The notes: a model not told the origin generated them from the sequence alone. A stretch of DNA of 64,000 nucleotides from Candidatus Pacearchaeota archaeon (GCA_027021195.1 JALUUW010000003.1:4843-68842), one strand, 5' to 3'; shown: positions 37,842-48,703, counted from the stretch's first letter. Numbers and translations are program-made.

Positions 37842-38930
37842 ATGACACAATTAACTAAAGCAGAACTTGAAGAAATTTTGGAAGAATTAGGAAAACACCG
37901 AGGAAGGGCAACAGAGCTTATCACAGTTTACATACCTTCAGGCCAGAATATTTATACTGTTTCAGACCAGCTTGAAGCAGAAAAATCAACTGCAAAAAAC
38001 ATAAAATCCACTTCAACACGAAAAAATGTAATTAATGCTTTGGAAAAGATAACAAGATACCTCAAAACCATGAAAAAGACTCCTGAGAACGGCCTTGCTG
38101 TTTTTTGCGGCAATGTAAGCAAGGTTGAAGGGCAGGAGGATCTGAAATTATGGGGTATTGAGCCTCCAATGCCCTTGAAAGTAAGAATGTACAGATGCGA
38201 CAAGGAATTTGTTCTTGAGCCTTTAAGAGAGCAGCTTGAAGTCTCAGAGGTTTTTGGCCTGCTTGTTATGGACAGAAAAGAGGCAACTATAGGCATGCTT
38301 GAAGGAAAAAGAATAGAGGTTTTGCAGCACATGACTTCAGGAATTCCAAGCAAAGTAAGGGCAGGAGGCCAGTCAAGCCAGAGGTTCCACAGAATTACTG
38401 AAGGATTAACAAAAGAATTTTACAAGAGAATTGCTGATGAGATGAAAAAGGTTTTTTTCGATATGCCGAAACTTAAGGGAATTCTTGTAGGAGGCCCTAT
38501 TCCTACAAAAGACGAGTTTCTTGACAATAAATATCTGGCCACAAAGCTTCAGGAAAAAGTGATAGGAAGAGTGGATATTGGAGATGCTGATGAATCAGGG
38601 CTAAAAGAGATTGTTGCAAAATCTCATGATATTTTGGAGAATCAGGAGATAATTCATGAAAAAAAGGTTCTTGAAAAGTTTTTTGAGACTCTTGGAGAAA
38701 AGCCTGATTTTGCTCTTTATAAAGAAGAAGATGTCAGAAAGGCTCTTGAATACGGAGCTGTAGATGTATTAATATTGTCAAAAGACCTTGATAAAAAACT
38801 CTCAAAAGAGCTGAAAAAAATGGCAGAGAGTATTTCATCAGAGGTTGAGGTTGTCTCCACAGAAACAGAAGAAGGAAAGCAGTTCAATAATCTCTCTGGA
38901 ATAGGGGCTTTGCTGAGGTTTAAGGTTTAA
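37842..38930 (+). CDS. prf1: peptide chain release factor aRF1
   Basis: NIKS motif (AKNIKSTSTRKNV). GGQ motif (RAGGQSSQRF). C-terminal LLRFKV. Confidence 0.85.
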   Translation: MTQLTKAELEEILEELGKHRGRATELITVYIPSGQNIYTVSDQLEAEKSTAKNIKSTSTRKNVINALEKITRYLKTMKKTPENGLAVFCGNVSKVEGQEDLKLWGIEPPMPLKVRMYRCDKEFVLEPLREQLEVSEVFGLLVMDRKEATIGMLEGKRIEVLQHMTSGIPSKVRAGGQSSQRFHRITEGLTKEFYKRIADEMKKVFFDMPKLKGILVGGPIPTKDEFLDNKYLATKLQEKVIGRVDIGDADESGLKEIVAKSHDILENQEIIHEKKVLEKFFETLGEKPDFALYKEEDVRKALEYGAVDVLILSKDLDKKLSKELKKMAESISSEVEVVSTETEEGKQFNNLSGIGALLRFKV

Positions 38931-39051
38931 CAGTTTTTCAGGGTATTTTTGGGATGATTGCAAGAATATCTGGATTTGCTCCTGACTAAATTAACTGATT
39001 ATAACTAATTTTAAACACAATCTTTAAAATCCCATCCCATTTATTATAAAA

Positions 39052-39603
39052 ATGGAAATAAGCAGCAAGACAGCAGAGGAAATTGATGAGGCAAAAGAAA
39101 AAGAGGATCTGAAAAAGCTTGAAGCAGTCTTTTTTGTTTCAGGAAGATTTCTGAATATGCAGGAGCTGATATCCTTGACAGACTTAAATCCAATAATAAT
39201 CAGGGAGCTGATAGAAAAGCTTCAGGAAAAGTATGACAATGGAGATTCTGCAATTGAAATTGTTGAAAAAAATAATCTTTGGAAGATGGATGTAAGAAAA
39301 GAATACTCTTACATAATTAACAGATTAGCTACAGGCTCCTCAGAGTTTTCAAAAGCAGAGCAGGAAACTCTTGCAATTATTGCCTATAAACAGCCAGTTA
39401 AGCAATCAGTAATAATTAAAATAAGAGGAAATAAGGCTTATGACCACATAAAAAAATTTGTTGAGCTTGGGCTTTTAAAAAAGAAAAAATCAGGGCATAC
39501 TCATGAGCTGAGCTTAAGCGATGAATTTTATGATTACTTTAATCTGGAGGACAGGAAAAGCTTTGCGGAGAATCTCTCCGGCAATGAATCTTCAAGAGAA
39601 TAA
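39052..39603 (+). CDS. scpB: segregation and condensation protein ScpB-like
   Basis: LEAVFFVSGRFL......IIAYKQPVKQSVIIKIRGNKAYDHIKKFVELGLL, two winged-helix repeats. Confidence 0.65.
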   Translation: MEISSKTAEEIDEAKEKEDLKKLEAVFFVSGRFLNMQELISLTDLNPIIIRELIEKLQEKYDNGDSAIEIVEKNNLWKMDVRKEYSYIINRLATGSSEFSKAEQETLAIIAYKQPVKQSVIIKIRGNKAYDHIKKFVELGLLKKKKSGHTHELSLSDEFYDYFNLEDRKSFAENLSGNESSRE

Positions 39604-39604
39604 A

Positions 39605-40834
39605 ATGGAATCTCTGACTGTTATTTATCTTGCTTATACCTTTATTGCGCTTTATTTTTTAGTCTTATTTATCTTGATTTATATTCCAAACAGAAAGAAT
39701 CTCTTTTTTTATCCAAATCCGGACAGGAATTATTCTTTAAGCATTGTTGTTCCGTGCTACAATGAAGAAGAGAACATAGAGGGGACTATCCGGGCTTTGC
39801 TGGATTCAGATTATAAAGGCCTTAAAAAAGTAATTGTTGTGGATGACTGCAGCACTGACCGCTCTTATGACATAATAAAAAAGCTGTCAAAAAAATATCC
39901 TAAAGTTCTTGCCCTGAAAACTCCAAAAAATACAGGCAAGGCAAGCGGAGCAAAGAATTACGGAGCAAAGTTTGTGACTACTGAGCTGATAGGATTTACA
40001 GATGCGGACTCATACCCAAAAAAGGATGCAATAACAAAGATGGTTGGTTTTTTTAATGATAAAAATGTAGGGGCAGTTACTGCAAGGGTTCTTGTAAAAA
40101 AAAGGGATAATTTTATAGAGAGGCTGCAGTCAATAGAGTATAAGATAATCTCTTTCTCAAGAAAGCTTTTGGGATTTATAGGGGCAATATATGTAACTCC
40201 TGGCCCTCTGGCCATCTACAGAAGAAGCGCCTTTAATGAAATTAACGGGTTTGATGAAAAAAACATGACAGAGGATATAGAGATAACATGGCATCTTATC
40301 TCAAAAAAATACAGGGTGGAGATGAGCCTCTTATCAAGAGTTTACACAGTTGCTCCTGATAATTTTAAGGCATGGTTTAGGCAGAGAGTAAGATGGAATA
40401 TTGGAGGGATACAGACAATAAATAAGTATAAGAAAACATTTTTTAAGGTTGGAATGCTTGGAAGCTTCATTCTGCCTTTTTTTGTCTTCTCATGGATGCT
40501 TGGAATTTTTGGAATTTTAATCTTGTTTTACAGGATTGTTAGGAGGGCTGTTGTCCAGTATCTTTCAACAACTTACTCTGTGAAGGCCCAGACAGCAATT
40601 TTTACATTCAGGGAACTGAACCTTACTCCAAGCATTCTTGTTTTTTTTGGAATAGCAATGTTTATCCTAAGTTTCTCTTTTACATTGCTTGCCCTTCTCC
40701 ACTCAAGAGAAAAAGAATTTAAAAAGCATAAATTGCTTGATATTCTGGCTTATATGTTTGTATATTTGCTAAGTTATCCAGTAATCCTGATAACATCAAT
40801 ATATAAATTTTTTAAAGGGAAACACTCTTGGTAA
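39605..40834 (+). CDS. family 2 glycosyltransferase, integral membrane (processive synthase-like)
   Basis: LSIVVPCYNEEENI and VVDDCSTD motifs. D.D. Several TM helices. Start chosen at the ATG right after the scpB stop rather than the track's overlapping 39521. Confidence 0.7.
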   Translation: MESLTVIYLAYTFIALYFLVLFILIYIPNRKNLFFYPNPDRNYSLSIVVPCYNEEENIEGTIRALLDSDYKGLKKVIVVDDCSTDRSYDIIKKLSKKYPKVLALKTPKNTGKASGAKNYGAKFVTTELIGFTDADSYPKKDAITKMVGFFNDKNVGAVTARVLVKKRDNFIERLQSIEYKIISFSRKLLGFIGAIYVTPGPLAIYRRSAFNEINGFDEKNMTEDIEITWHLISKKYRVEMSLLSRVYTVAPDNFKAWFRQRVRWNIGGIQTINKYKKTFFKVGMLGSFILPFFVFSWMLGIFGILILFYRIVRRAVVQYLSTTYSVKAQTAIFTFRELNLTPSILVFFGIAMFILSFSFTLLALLHSREKEFKKHKLLDILAYMFVYLLSYPVILITSIYKFFKGKHSW

Positions 40835-41493
40835 AAATGGCTGGAAATCCAAAGAACGTTTTTTTGCAGGCTTTTTTTTTAACTGCAGTTATATTTGTTT
40901 TTGGGCTTCTTCTCGGAGTTGCTTTTGAGGCATCTAGGATCGATAAGGTAAATGAGTATTACGCAAGATCAGAAATATCCTTAATAGATGCAGTTGCTCT
41001 GAACAGCCTGACTGACCTCTTTGATTCCAGCTGCGAATATCTAGTGGACGCAAATATTGATTTTGCAAACAGGATTTATGAGGAAGCCAAGCTTCTTGAC
41101 AGATATGAGGATGCTGGGAAAATTGATGACAATATTAAATTGGCTCATAAGAGGTATGACCTCTTGAGGACTTTTTTATGGATAAATGTGATAAAAACAA
41201 GGGAGAAGTGCAGCGAAGAGTTCTCTTCAGTCGTATATCTTTATGAATACGAGTCAAAAGATCTCGCAAAAAGAGCGACTCAGAATGTATGGTCAAAAGT
41301 CTTGTTTGACTTAAAGAAGGAAATGGGGAATGACATAATCCTTCTATCAATAGCTGCGAACAATAATATTGATTCTCTTGATTCTCTGAAAAGGAAATTT
41401 GGAATATCAAGGCTTCCGGCTGTTATTATAAATGAGAAATATGTAATACAGGAGCTTTCTTCTGTTGAAAGCTTGAAGAGATATCTTGTTTGA
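40828..41493 (+). CDS. hypothetical membrane-anchored protein
   Basis: N-terminal TM helix. Start overlaps the GT2 stop. Confidence 0.3.
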   Translation: MVKMAGNPKNVFLQAFFLTAVIFVFGLLLGVAFEASRIDKVNEYYARSEISLIDAVALNSLTDLFDSSCEYLVDANIDFANRIYEEAKLLDRYEDAGKIDDNIKLAHKRYDLLRTFLWINVIKTREKCSEEFSSVVYLYEYESKDLAKRATQNVWSKVLFDLKKEMGNDIILLSIAANNNIDSLDSLKRKFGISRLPAVIINEKYVIQELSSVESLKRYLV

Positions 41494-42365
41494 TTTTGTA
41501 TAGAAATATTAAAAAACAGGGTCAGCTCCATTGGTTTATGGAAGAGTGCTTTAGCTGCGGAGTTTCTGAAAAAAAGACGCTTTTGTCTGACGCAATTTCA
41601 GAGAAGGGAATAGTAAAGATATGCAGGAAATGCTCCTTTAAAGAAGAGGTCCTGATTATTAAAAAACCTTCTTTTGACTTTGAAGAGCCTGAAAAAAGAG
41701 GGAGTGTTTATGAAAGGGTTTCAAAAATTGCAGGAATTGACCCTGAAAAAACAAAAGAGCCTGAAAAGAACCCTGAACTTGAAAAACAAGAAGATTCTCT
41801 TAAAAAAATTGTTGAAAAGAACTTTAGTATGAGTGTTGGTGGGCAAAGCAGTTTTACAAAGAAAGGGGAGGGCTTGATTGATAATTTTCACTGGGTTATT
41901 ATGAGGGGAAGAAGGGCAAAACACTTGACTAAAAAACAGCTTGCAGAAGCAATTGCAGAGCCGGAACTGGCTGTAAATCTTGCAGAAAAAGGGATTCTTC
42001 CTGAAAACAGCTCGAAAATCATTGCCAAGCTGGAGAATTATCTTGGGATAAGAATCAGAAAAAAAGGAATTAACGGGAATCAAGGAATGTTTGATGCTTC
42101 AAAGGCAGGAGATGATTTATTGCAGAAAAAAGAGATAACTGAAATCGATTTTGACCCCCTTATTTCCCGAAATTTAACAATAGCAGACTTGAGGGAGATG
42201 AAAAAGAAAAAAGAGGAAGAGATGCTTGGAAAGGACAATGGTAACTTTCAGAAAAAAGAATCTGAAACAACTGACAGCATAAACAAGAGCCATGAAAAAA
42301 GAGAATTGTCTCAGAATGAGATTAATGACCTGATTTTTGGGAAAAAGAAAACACAAGCTTTATAA
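41490..42365 (+). CDS. Zn-ribbon plus Cro/C1-type HTH protein (MBF1-like architecture, extended)
   Basis: N-terminal C4 ribbon (CFSCG...CRKCS). HTH_XRE-like segment (LTKKQLAEAIAEPELAVNLAEKGILPENSSKIIAKLENYLGI). Confidence 0.4.
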   Translation: MILYRNIKKQGQLHWFMEECFSCGVSEKKTLLSDAISEKGIVKICRKCSFKEEVLIIKKPSFDFEEPEKRGSVYERVSKIAGIDPEKTKEPEKNPELEKQEDSLKKIVEKNFSMSVGGQSSFTKKGEGLIDNFHWVIMRGRRAKHLTKKQLAEAIAEPELAVNLAEKGILPENSSKIIAKLENYLGIRIRKKGINGNQGMFDASKAGDDLLQKKEITEIDFDPLISRNLTIADLREMKKKKEEEMLGKDNGNFQKKESETTDSINKSHEKRELSQNEINDLIFGKKKTQAL

Positions 42366-42387
42366 ATAAACTTTTATCCATTTTAAT

Positions 42388-42651
42388 ATGGATATCAATA
42401 TTCTTAAAAGCTCAAAAGATGAAATTGAAGTCGAGGTTGAAAGCCTGACAATTGCTGAAATTTTAAGGGTTTACCTTAATAAGGATTCTTCAGTCTCATT
42501 TGCTGCATGGAAAAGGGAGCACCCCACTAAGAAGCCGGTCCTTGCAGTTAAAACAAAAGGAAAAACACCCAAAAAAGCAATAAGTGATGCAGTTGCCGCA
42601 ATAACCAGGGACTTGGAGAAAATCGAGGGTGATTTTAAAAAACTAAAATAA
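42388..42651 (+). CDS. rpoL: DNA-directed RNA polymerase subunit L (Rpo11)
   Basis: 87 aa. E.ESLTIAEILRVYLNKDSSVSFAAWKREHP.....LAVKTKG pattern of RpoL/Rpb11. Confidence 0.65.
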   Translation: MDINILKSSKDEIEVEVESLTIAEILRVYLNKDSSVSFAAWKREHPTKKPVLAVKTKGKTPKKAISDAVAAITRDLEKIEGDFKKLK

Positions 42652-42705
42652 TTCTTAAAAAGCTTATTCAGGCATTTTTACAGCAATTTATATAAATTGC
42701 CTTAA

Positions 42706-43449
42706 ATGTTCTTTAGCATGGCTAATAACAGAATATCTGCAGGAAGCTTTGACCTGAACAAGTGGCTCCATGGAGGTTATGAAAAAGATATAATTACAAT
42801 GATTGCAGGGCCTCCCGGATGCGGTAAAACAAACATGGCTGTTCTTGCTGCCTGCAGCCAGGCGAAAAAAGGAAACAAAGTTATTTTTATTGATACAGAA
42901 GGAGGGTTTTCAACAGAGAGGGTGAAGCAGATTGTTGGAGAGGGCTATGAAAGCATTCTGGGAAATATTCTTCTCCTCGAACCTTCAAATTTTGAGGAGC
43001 AGAAAAAGTGTTTTGTAAATCTTCTGAAAAGGCTCAAAAAAAACCATATAGGGCTTATAATTGTTGATGGCATGGCAATGCTTTACAGGCTTGAGCTTGG
43101 AGATGCGGCTAAGTCAAAAGACGGCTCCAAAATAAAAGGAGTGAATAAAGAGGTGGCAAAGCAGATGCAGATTCTCGCTGAAATCTCAAGAAAACAGAAG
43201 ATTCCAGTCATAATAACAAATCAGGTTTACAAAGAATTTCTTTCAGAAGATGATTTAAAAAAAGGGGTTAAGCCAGAGGCAAATATTGTCGGAGGGGATT
43301 TGTTTAAGTATTGGAGCAAGTGTATAATTGAGCTGAAAAATGAAAGGGGAAGGAGAAAGGCAATTCTTCATAAGCATAGAAGCCTTCCGAGGAAAGAGAT
43401 TGGGTTTGAAATAAAAGACAGGGGAATTTTTAAAAGAGGCTGGCTGTAA
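42706..43449 (+). CDS. radB: RadB recombinase paralog (RecA/RadA superfamily)
   Basis: Walker A GPPGCGKTNMA. ~245 aa without the RadA N-terminal domain. Confidence 0.7.
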   Translation: MFFSMANNRISAGSFDLNKWLHGGYEKDIITMIAGPPGCGKTNMAVLAACSQAKKGNKVIFIDTEGGFSTERVKQIVGEGYESILGNILLLEPSNFEEQKKCFVNLLKRLKKNHIGLIIVDGMAMLYRLELGDAAKSKDGSKIKGVNKEVAKQMQILAEISRKQKIPVIITNQVYKEFLSEDDLKKGVKPEANIVGGDLFKYWSKCIIELKNERGRRKAILHKHRSLPRKEIGFEIKDRGIFKRGWL

Positions 43450-43549
43450 TTGCTCCGGATTATTGAATTCTGCAGCAAATAAATATTTAAAAACATAAAT
43501 GACTGAAGTCTTATTCAGTAAATATATGTGATTTTATTGAATAGCTGGC

Positions 43550-44200
43550 ATGGAAAGCAGATTATTGTCTCTTGAAGAAATAAGCAGAGATTATCCTTTT
43601 GTTATTCTGGATACAAGCGCCTTGCTTTATCCAATAGGAAGGAAAAGAATTCAGACGCTCAAAGACAAAATACACCTTTCCAGAGTTGAGAGAGATTCTG
43701 CGGTTTTCTTTAAAAAAAGCCTTCCGCAGTTAAATATTTATGTCACTGACCTTATTTTAAAAGAGTATTTCAGCGAGAAGAGGCGGCCCTGCAAAGGTAT
43801 GCCTTATTTTACAACAAGAAAAAAAGAAGTAATGAAGTTAAGGAGCATGAGGATGGATGCGCACAGAAAAAAGAGAAAATTAGCAGAAGCATTTGGCATA
43901 AACAACAGGGTTATCTCTGAGAGCTGTCTGAGTGAAGAGGAAAGGTCCAATTATGAAATTTTGCTGGAAGAGCATTCTTATTTCGAAGAAAAATACGGGC
44001 TCAGCTATCCTGATTTGGATTTTCTTGTTTTGGGATCAGCAATTTCGCAAAGCAGAGAGAGCGTATCTTTGATATCCAATGACAGCGGGATTATTAATGC
44101 ATGGAATGAGATGTTAAAAAAATATAAAAGCAGTCCGGAAAGGCTCGGCTTTTTCAGGAGAGAAAAGCTTAATGGATTTAGAAAGCTGAGAGTTACTTGA
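43550..44200 (+). CDS. hypothetical protein, possible PIN-domain nuclease
   Basis: N-terminal FVILDTSAL, typical of the first PIN acidic residue. Otherwise unassigned. Confidence 0.3.
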   Translation: MESRLLSLEEISRDYPFVILDTSALLYPIGRKRIQTLKDKIHLSRVERDSAVFFKKSLPQLNIYVTDLILKEYFSEKRRPCKGMPYFTTRKKEVMKLRSMRMDAHRKKRKLAEAFGINNRVISESCLSEEERSNYEILLEEHSYFEEKYGLSYPDLDFLVLGSAISQSRESVSLISNDSGIINAWNEMLKKYKSSPERLGFFRREKLNGFRKLRVT

Positions 44201-44317
44201 TAAAGAATAAAAATCCCTTTCTGCTATAGTTCTCTTTAGAAGCCATGCAGGGAATTCTGCAGGACAATTAAGTTCTTGCAACTATAAAAATATAAACTTC
44301 CATGCATCTGTCTTTTT

Positions 44318-45541
44318 ATGGATGGATTGGTTAAGGAAAAAATAAGGTTTGAGGCAATAAAAAAAATAGCTGAGACTGGTTTTAAATATCGGAGTTTGAA
44401 GAAGATATCAAATCTTGACACTAATTCTCCTCCAAGCGTTTTCATAGGCTCCAGGCTGAGATATCCTCTTGTGAATGTTGGGATTTTAAGCCCTCTTGAA
44501 AGAGATGAAAATTCCTGGATTTATGATGATGCAAAGTATTGGGCAGAAAATGATTTTAAAATCAATGATGTTCTTAAGTTTAGAAACAGCCTTGTAAATT
44601 CAAGATTCCAGTCAAAAGTCCATGGAAGCTCCAGCTTAAATAAGAGATTAGTCCTGATTGCACAGGAGATTGCCCTTGCTTCAAAGCCTGTTGATGTGGA
44701 AATTGAGCTGAGAAGAAGGCTGAATATTGACAGGAGAAGAGATAGAGTGACAATGCCTCAGGGATTCAAAGCCCCTTTAAAAAAAGCAAAAATAACCAGT
44801 AATGTAAAAATTCACAGAAAGGTTGACAAAGTAATAAATGATGAGATAAAGGCTTCTGAAGGAGTGAGATATCTTCATAAAAGCGGTTTCAGCGAGTATG
44901 CTTTGAGCAAGATTTTAAGTGTGGGTGTTCTCGGGCTGAAAAAAGATAAGAAGCTTGTTCCCACAAGATGGTCAATTACAGCCACTGACGATATTATTGG
45001 AAAAAGCCTTCTAAAAAAGATAAGGGATTATAAATGGATTGAGAATTATGAATTGTTTTTTGGAGAGTTTATGGGAAACCAATACATGATAATGCTTTTT
45101 CCGAATGTCTGGAGTTATGAGCTTTTTGAGCTTTACCTGCCTGGAAGCTCATGGAACCCCTCTCATGAAATAAAAGCCTCTACAGATTACGAGTCATACG
45201 CTGGAAGAAAAAGCTATGCTTTAGACACTGCCGGAGGGTATTATGCTGCAAGGCTTCCTGTTTTGGAGTATCTTGAGAAAATAAAAAGGCAGGCAAGCGC
45301 ATTAGTAATCAGAATTGAAACTCCAAGCTACTGGGCTGCTTTAGGGGTATGGGTGTGCAGAGAGGCATGCAGAAAGACTCTCAGATATAGGAAACTGGAG
45401 TTTGATAGTTTTGAAGAGGCAGTTAATAGCCTTCAAAACATCGGAAAAGCAAGATTCAATTTTGCCCCTTCAGGAATATTGAAGAAAAGCAGGCTGATAG
45501 AAGCTATAAAAACTCAAAAGAGCCTGAGAGAGTGGTTTTAA
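44318..45541 (+). CDS. hypothetical protein, possibly NreA-like (archaeal DNA repair-associated family)
   Basis: The ~400 aa length and the VPTRWSITATDD motif are remembered as conserved in the Nre family. Weak call. Confidence 0.3.
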   Translation: MDGLVKEKIRFEAIKKIAETGFKYRSLKKISNLDTNSPPSVFIGSRLRYPLVNVGILSPLERDENSWIYDDAKYWAENDFKINDVLKFRNSLVNSRFQSKVHGSSSLNKRLVLIAQEIALASKPVDVEIELRRRLNIDRRRDRVTMPQGFKAPLKKAKITSNVKIHRKVDKVINDEIKASEGVRYLHKSGFSEYALSKILSVGVLGLKKDKKLVPTRWSITATDDIIGKSLLKKIRDYKWIENYELFFGEFMGNQYMIMLFPNVWSYELFELYLPGSSWNPSHEIKASTDYESYAGRKSYALDTAGGYYAARLPVLEYLEKIKRQASALVIRIETPSYWAALGVWVCREACRKTLRYRKLEFDSFEEAVNSLQNIGKARFNFAPSGILKKSRLIEAIKTQKSLREWF

Positions 45542-45648
45542 TCCTCTGGGCTTAAAATGGCTCTGAGAAGATTATTTGGAGGAATGGAGGCTGGTTAGTT
45601 CTTCTTAAGAATATAAATCTTTATAAGAAATGTTAAAAAATAATCTCT

Positions 45649-46227
45649 ATGGAACAGAATAGAGCTATTAACAAAATCAAGTATGCAATTAAAAACAGGC
45701 TTCCGTCTTCTTTTGAATGCTACTCCCATGCCTGTAGCAACTATGCTATGTCAGAGATGATCGATCTTTCAGAGAAATCAATTTCTATGGTTATAAACTC
45801 CTATGACCCTGGACGCTATAATGATCCTTGCCTTATATACTCTTTTTTGAAATTTATAGATAAAACAGAAGGAAATGGAAGAATAAAGATAATCTTTGGA
45901 GAGGGGATTGGGAATATTGAAGAAAAAGGCCTTGTAGTAAGGATGAGAGCGCACTACAGAAGAAAAAACAAGGAAGATTCTCTGGAAGCCTACTCTCTTA
46001 GAGATAATGAGAAAGTAAGGTTTAGCAGATTTGCCCCCTCTCTTCTTTTCACAGCAGACTTAATGTCTCTTTGCGAGACTACAAAAAGAAATCTTTCTTC
46101 TGGAGAGGTGTTCTCTGTTTGGGCAAGCTTTAAGGGGTATGAGCCTGTTTTTTATATTGAGGGCCATCCTATCAGAGTGAGCAGTTTGATTAATCTTTAT
46201 TTAAATAATTCAGACAGGATTATCTAG
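45649..46227 (+). CDS. hypothetical protein
   Basis: ORF only. Confidence 0.3.
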   Translation: MEQNRAINKIKYAIKNRLPSSFECYSHACSNYAMSEMIDLSEKSISMVINSYDPGRYNDPCLIYSFLKFIDKTEGNGRIKIIFGEGIGNIEEKGLVVRMRAHYRRKNKEDSLEAYSLRDNEKVRFSRFAPSLLFTADLMSLCETTKRNLSSGEVFSVWASFKGYEPVFYIEGHPIRVSSLINLYLNNSDRII

Positions 46228-46244
46228 TAGGATTTAAATTCAGT

Positions 46245-48653
46245 TTATTCTCCTTTCTCCTCTTTCTTCTTTCTGTATTCCTCCAGCCTTTCTTTGTTTG
46301 TCTCACATTCTGGATTAAAGCAGAAAGTCCATGGCCTTTTTCCTTTTCTTAGAGATATCAGCATTGGAAAATTGCATTTTTCGCAATTTTTTAAGGGAGT
46401 TGTTTTTTTTATTGTTCCGTTTGGTGGGAGAGAGTATGTTTTCGTGCATTCCGGATAGCTGTCACAGGCAATAAAATTTCTTTTAGTCTTTTTTGAGTAT
46501 GTTATTGCAAGGTTCCCCTTTCCGCATTCCGGACATGCGCAGAGAGTATTTTCTGCTTTTTGCTGCTCTCTTAATTTGATGTTTGCCTGCAAAAGTTCTT
46601 TTCCTATTTCTTTCTCATTTTTTTCAAACTGCTTTGCTATTTTTGTTATGGCCTCTTTTGCCTCGCTGATTATTCTCTTTTCATGCTCCATAAACCCCTC
46701 TTTTTCTTCCTGAATCTTATCCATTTCTTTTTCAAAGTGCCTTGTCAGCTCTTCATCTATTATTATTGGAGAGTATTTTTCCAGAGTTTCAATTAAAGAG
46801 ATTCCAAGCGGTGTTGCCTCTATGCTTTTCTCTTTTATGTAATTTCTTTCATAAAGAGTCTCCAGGATTGAGCTTCTTGTTGCTTTGGTTCCGAGATTTC
46901 TTTTTTCCAGTTCAGAAACAATTGATGCCGGAGAATACCTTTTAGGAGGCTGCGTTTCTTTTTCCTCTATCCTTGAGTCTGTTATTTTCACCTCCCCTTT
47001 CATGTCAGGAATTTCATTTTCTTTCATTTTAACAGGATAGATTTCCATCCATGCTTTTTTTCTGACTGATAATCCTTTTGCTGAAAATTTTAATTCATCA
47101 ACACTTGCTGTAATCTTCTTGTTGTCTATTATTGCATCTTCGCAGAAAAGAGAGAGAAATCTTTTTACAATCAGGTTGTAAATTTTTTCTTCGTCTCCTG
47201 AGAGTATTATGGAGTCATTTTGTCCTGTTGGGTATATTGAAGGGTGCGCAGGGTCTGTTTTCTTTCCTTCTACTGGCTTTTCCCTTTTTATGAGGTGTTC
47301 TGCATTATATTTTTTGGCAAGCCTTTTAAGAATCTCTCTGTATCCTATGGAATCAGGAAGCTTCTGGCTTGAAGTTCTTGGATAGGATATGAGGCCTGAA
47401 AGATAGAGGGATTGGGCTGCCCTCAGAGTGTTTGAAGGAGTAATTCCGTGAAGCTTGTATGCTTCTGTCTGAAGGGTTGTTAAATTGAAAGGCGGTGAAG
47501 GAGGGATTATCTGTTCTGTTTTTTTTGTTTCTGCAGTTGCGGTTTTTCCAATGAGATTCTCAAATTTTTTAAGTTCCTTTTTCTCAAAAATATCTTTGTT
47601 ATGCTTCAGCTCCAGGCTGTTTTTTCCGTCATTTGCTTCAATAAAAACCTGCCAGTATGGCGTTGGCTTGAATGACTGGATTTCTCTTTCTTTTTGGACT
47701 ATCAGGTTCAATGCAGGGCCCTGCACGCGCCCTATAGACATAATCCTGAATTTTCCTGTTGTTTTAATTGCATTCATCAGTGCTCTTGAAAGATTTATAC
47801 CGTAAAACCAGTCCAGATAATGCCTTGTCTCTCCTGCAATTGCCTGCCCCCAGTTCACGCTTGAGGATTTTTCCTCGTATGCTTTGTTCAGCTCTTTTTC
47901 TGTCAGTGTGGAGAATTTCATTCTTTTTGCATCCTTCTGGTTGCAGATAAATCTTACAACATTCAGCCCAATGAGCTCCCCTTCAATGTCGTAATCTGTT
48001 GCAACTGTAATGCTTCCGGCATTTTTTGCAAGTTTCAGAAGAGTGTCATGATATCTCTTTGTAAAATCATTCTTTCTAGCCATATAATTTGGGATCCAGC
48101 TTATATCAAAAACAGGAACTTCTGATCCAGGAGTGTTCTGTTTAAGAGTGAATAAATGGCCTACAGCGCATGCCACTATTATTTTTTTGCCGTCTCTCTC
48201 AACCTCATAGTATGGGACACTTCCGGAGTTTTTTTTAGTTGATTTTCCAAGTGCAGAGGATATTTTCAGGGCAGCCTGTGGCTTTTCAGTAATAATAAGC
48301 TCATATCCGTTTTTCTTTAATTCTGTTTTCGGGGGAGAGTACTTCTCCATGCTTTTTGCTTTTTTCTTTCTTGCCTGTTTCTTTTTTTTCCCGACTTTTA
48401 TTACTTTTTCAAGAGACTTTCTGTCAGGCTTGAGATACTCTTTTTCAACCGCTCCCTTCAATATCTCCTCTTTTGGAAGAGGGTCTTTTATCGGTATTTC
48501 AACAGACTTTTTTGCAAGGTCGTGCTCACTAAGAACTATTTTCTTTTCTGCTTTCTCAATTTTCTCAGTAGCATATTCAACATCACTCTTATCTACTGGG
48601 AAATAACTTTCAGCTACTTTCTCTTCATGTGTTTTTCTTGGTTTTCTTGGCAT
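46245..48653 (-). CDS. topA: DNA topoisomerase type IA with C-terminal zinc ribbons and a Lys-rich N-terminal extension
   Basis: TOPRIM (LIITEKPQAA). Active-site region GLISYPRTSS. C-terminal CxxC zinc ribbons. No helicase domain. Confidence 0.8.
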   Translation of the reverse strand: MPRKPRKTHEEKVAESYFPVDKSDVEYATEKIEKAEKKIVLSEHDLAKKSVEIPIKDPLPKEEILKGAVEKEYLKPDRKSLEKVIKVGKKKKQARKKKAKSMEKYSPPKTELKKNGYELIITEKPQAALKISSALGKSTKKNSGSVPYYEVERDGKKIIVACAVGHLFTLKQNTPGSEVPVFDISWIPNYMARKNDFTKRYHDTLLKLAKNAGSITVATDYDIEGELIGLNVVRFICNQKDAKRMKFSTLTEKELNKAYEEKSSSVNWGQAIAGETRHYLDWFYGINLSRALMNAIKTTGKFRIMSIGRVQGPALNLIVQKEREIQSFKPTPYWQVFIEANDGKNSLELKHNKDIFEKKELKKFENLIGKTATAETKKTEQIIPPSPPFNLTTLQTEAYKLHGITPSNTLRAAQSLYLSGLISYPRTSSQKLPDSIGYREILKRLAKKYNAEHLIKREKPVEGKKTDPAHPSIYPTGQNDSIILSGDEEKIYNLIVKRFLSLFCEDAIIDNKKITASVDELKFSAKGLSVRKKAWMEIYPVKMKENEIPDMKGEVKITDSRIEEKETQPPKRYSPASIVSELEKRNLGTKATRSSILETLYERNYIKEKSIEATPLGISLIETLEKYSPIIIDEELTRHFEKEMDKIQEEKEGFMEHEKRIISEAKEAITKIAKQFEKNEKEIGKELLQANIKLREQQKAENTLCACPECGKGNLAITYSKKTKRNFIACDSYPECTKTYSLPPNGTIKKTTPLKNCEKCNFPMLISLRKGKRPWTFCFNPECETNKERLEEYRKKKEEKGE

Positions 48654-48703
48654 TTTCTATAAATCATATAAACATAGTGTAGAAAAAGGGTTTTTATAGG
48701 TTT

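Noticed and set aside
39521-39604. Track start of the glycosyltransferase ORF overlapping scpB by 83 nt
   Set aside because: An ATG immediately after the scpB stop (39605) gives a protein that starts at the first TM helix, which is more plausible.
46245-48653. Reverse gyrase candidate (large topoisomerase with zinc fingers in an archaeon)
   Set aside because: There is no helicase-like domain and no Walker A. Only TOPRIM, the type IA core and C-terminal zinc ribbons are present, so it was called topoisomerase IA.
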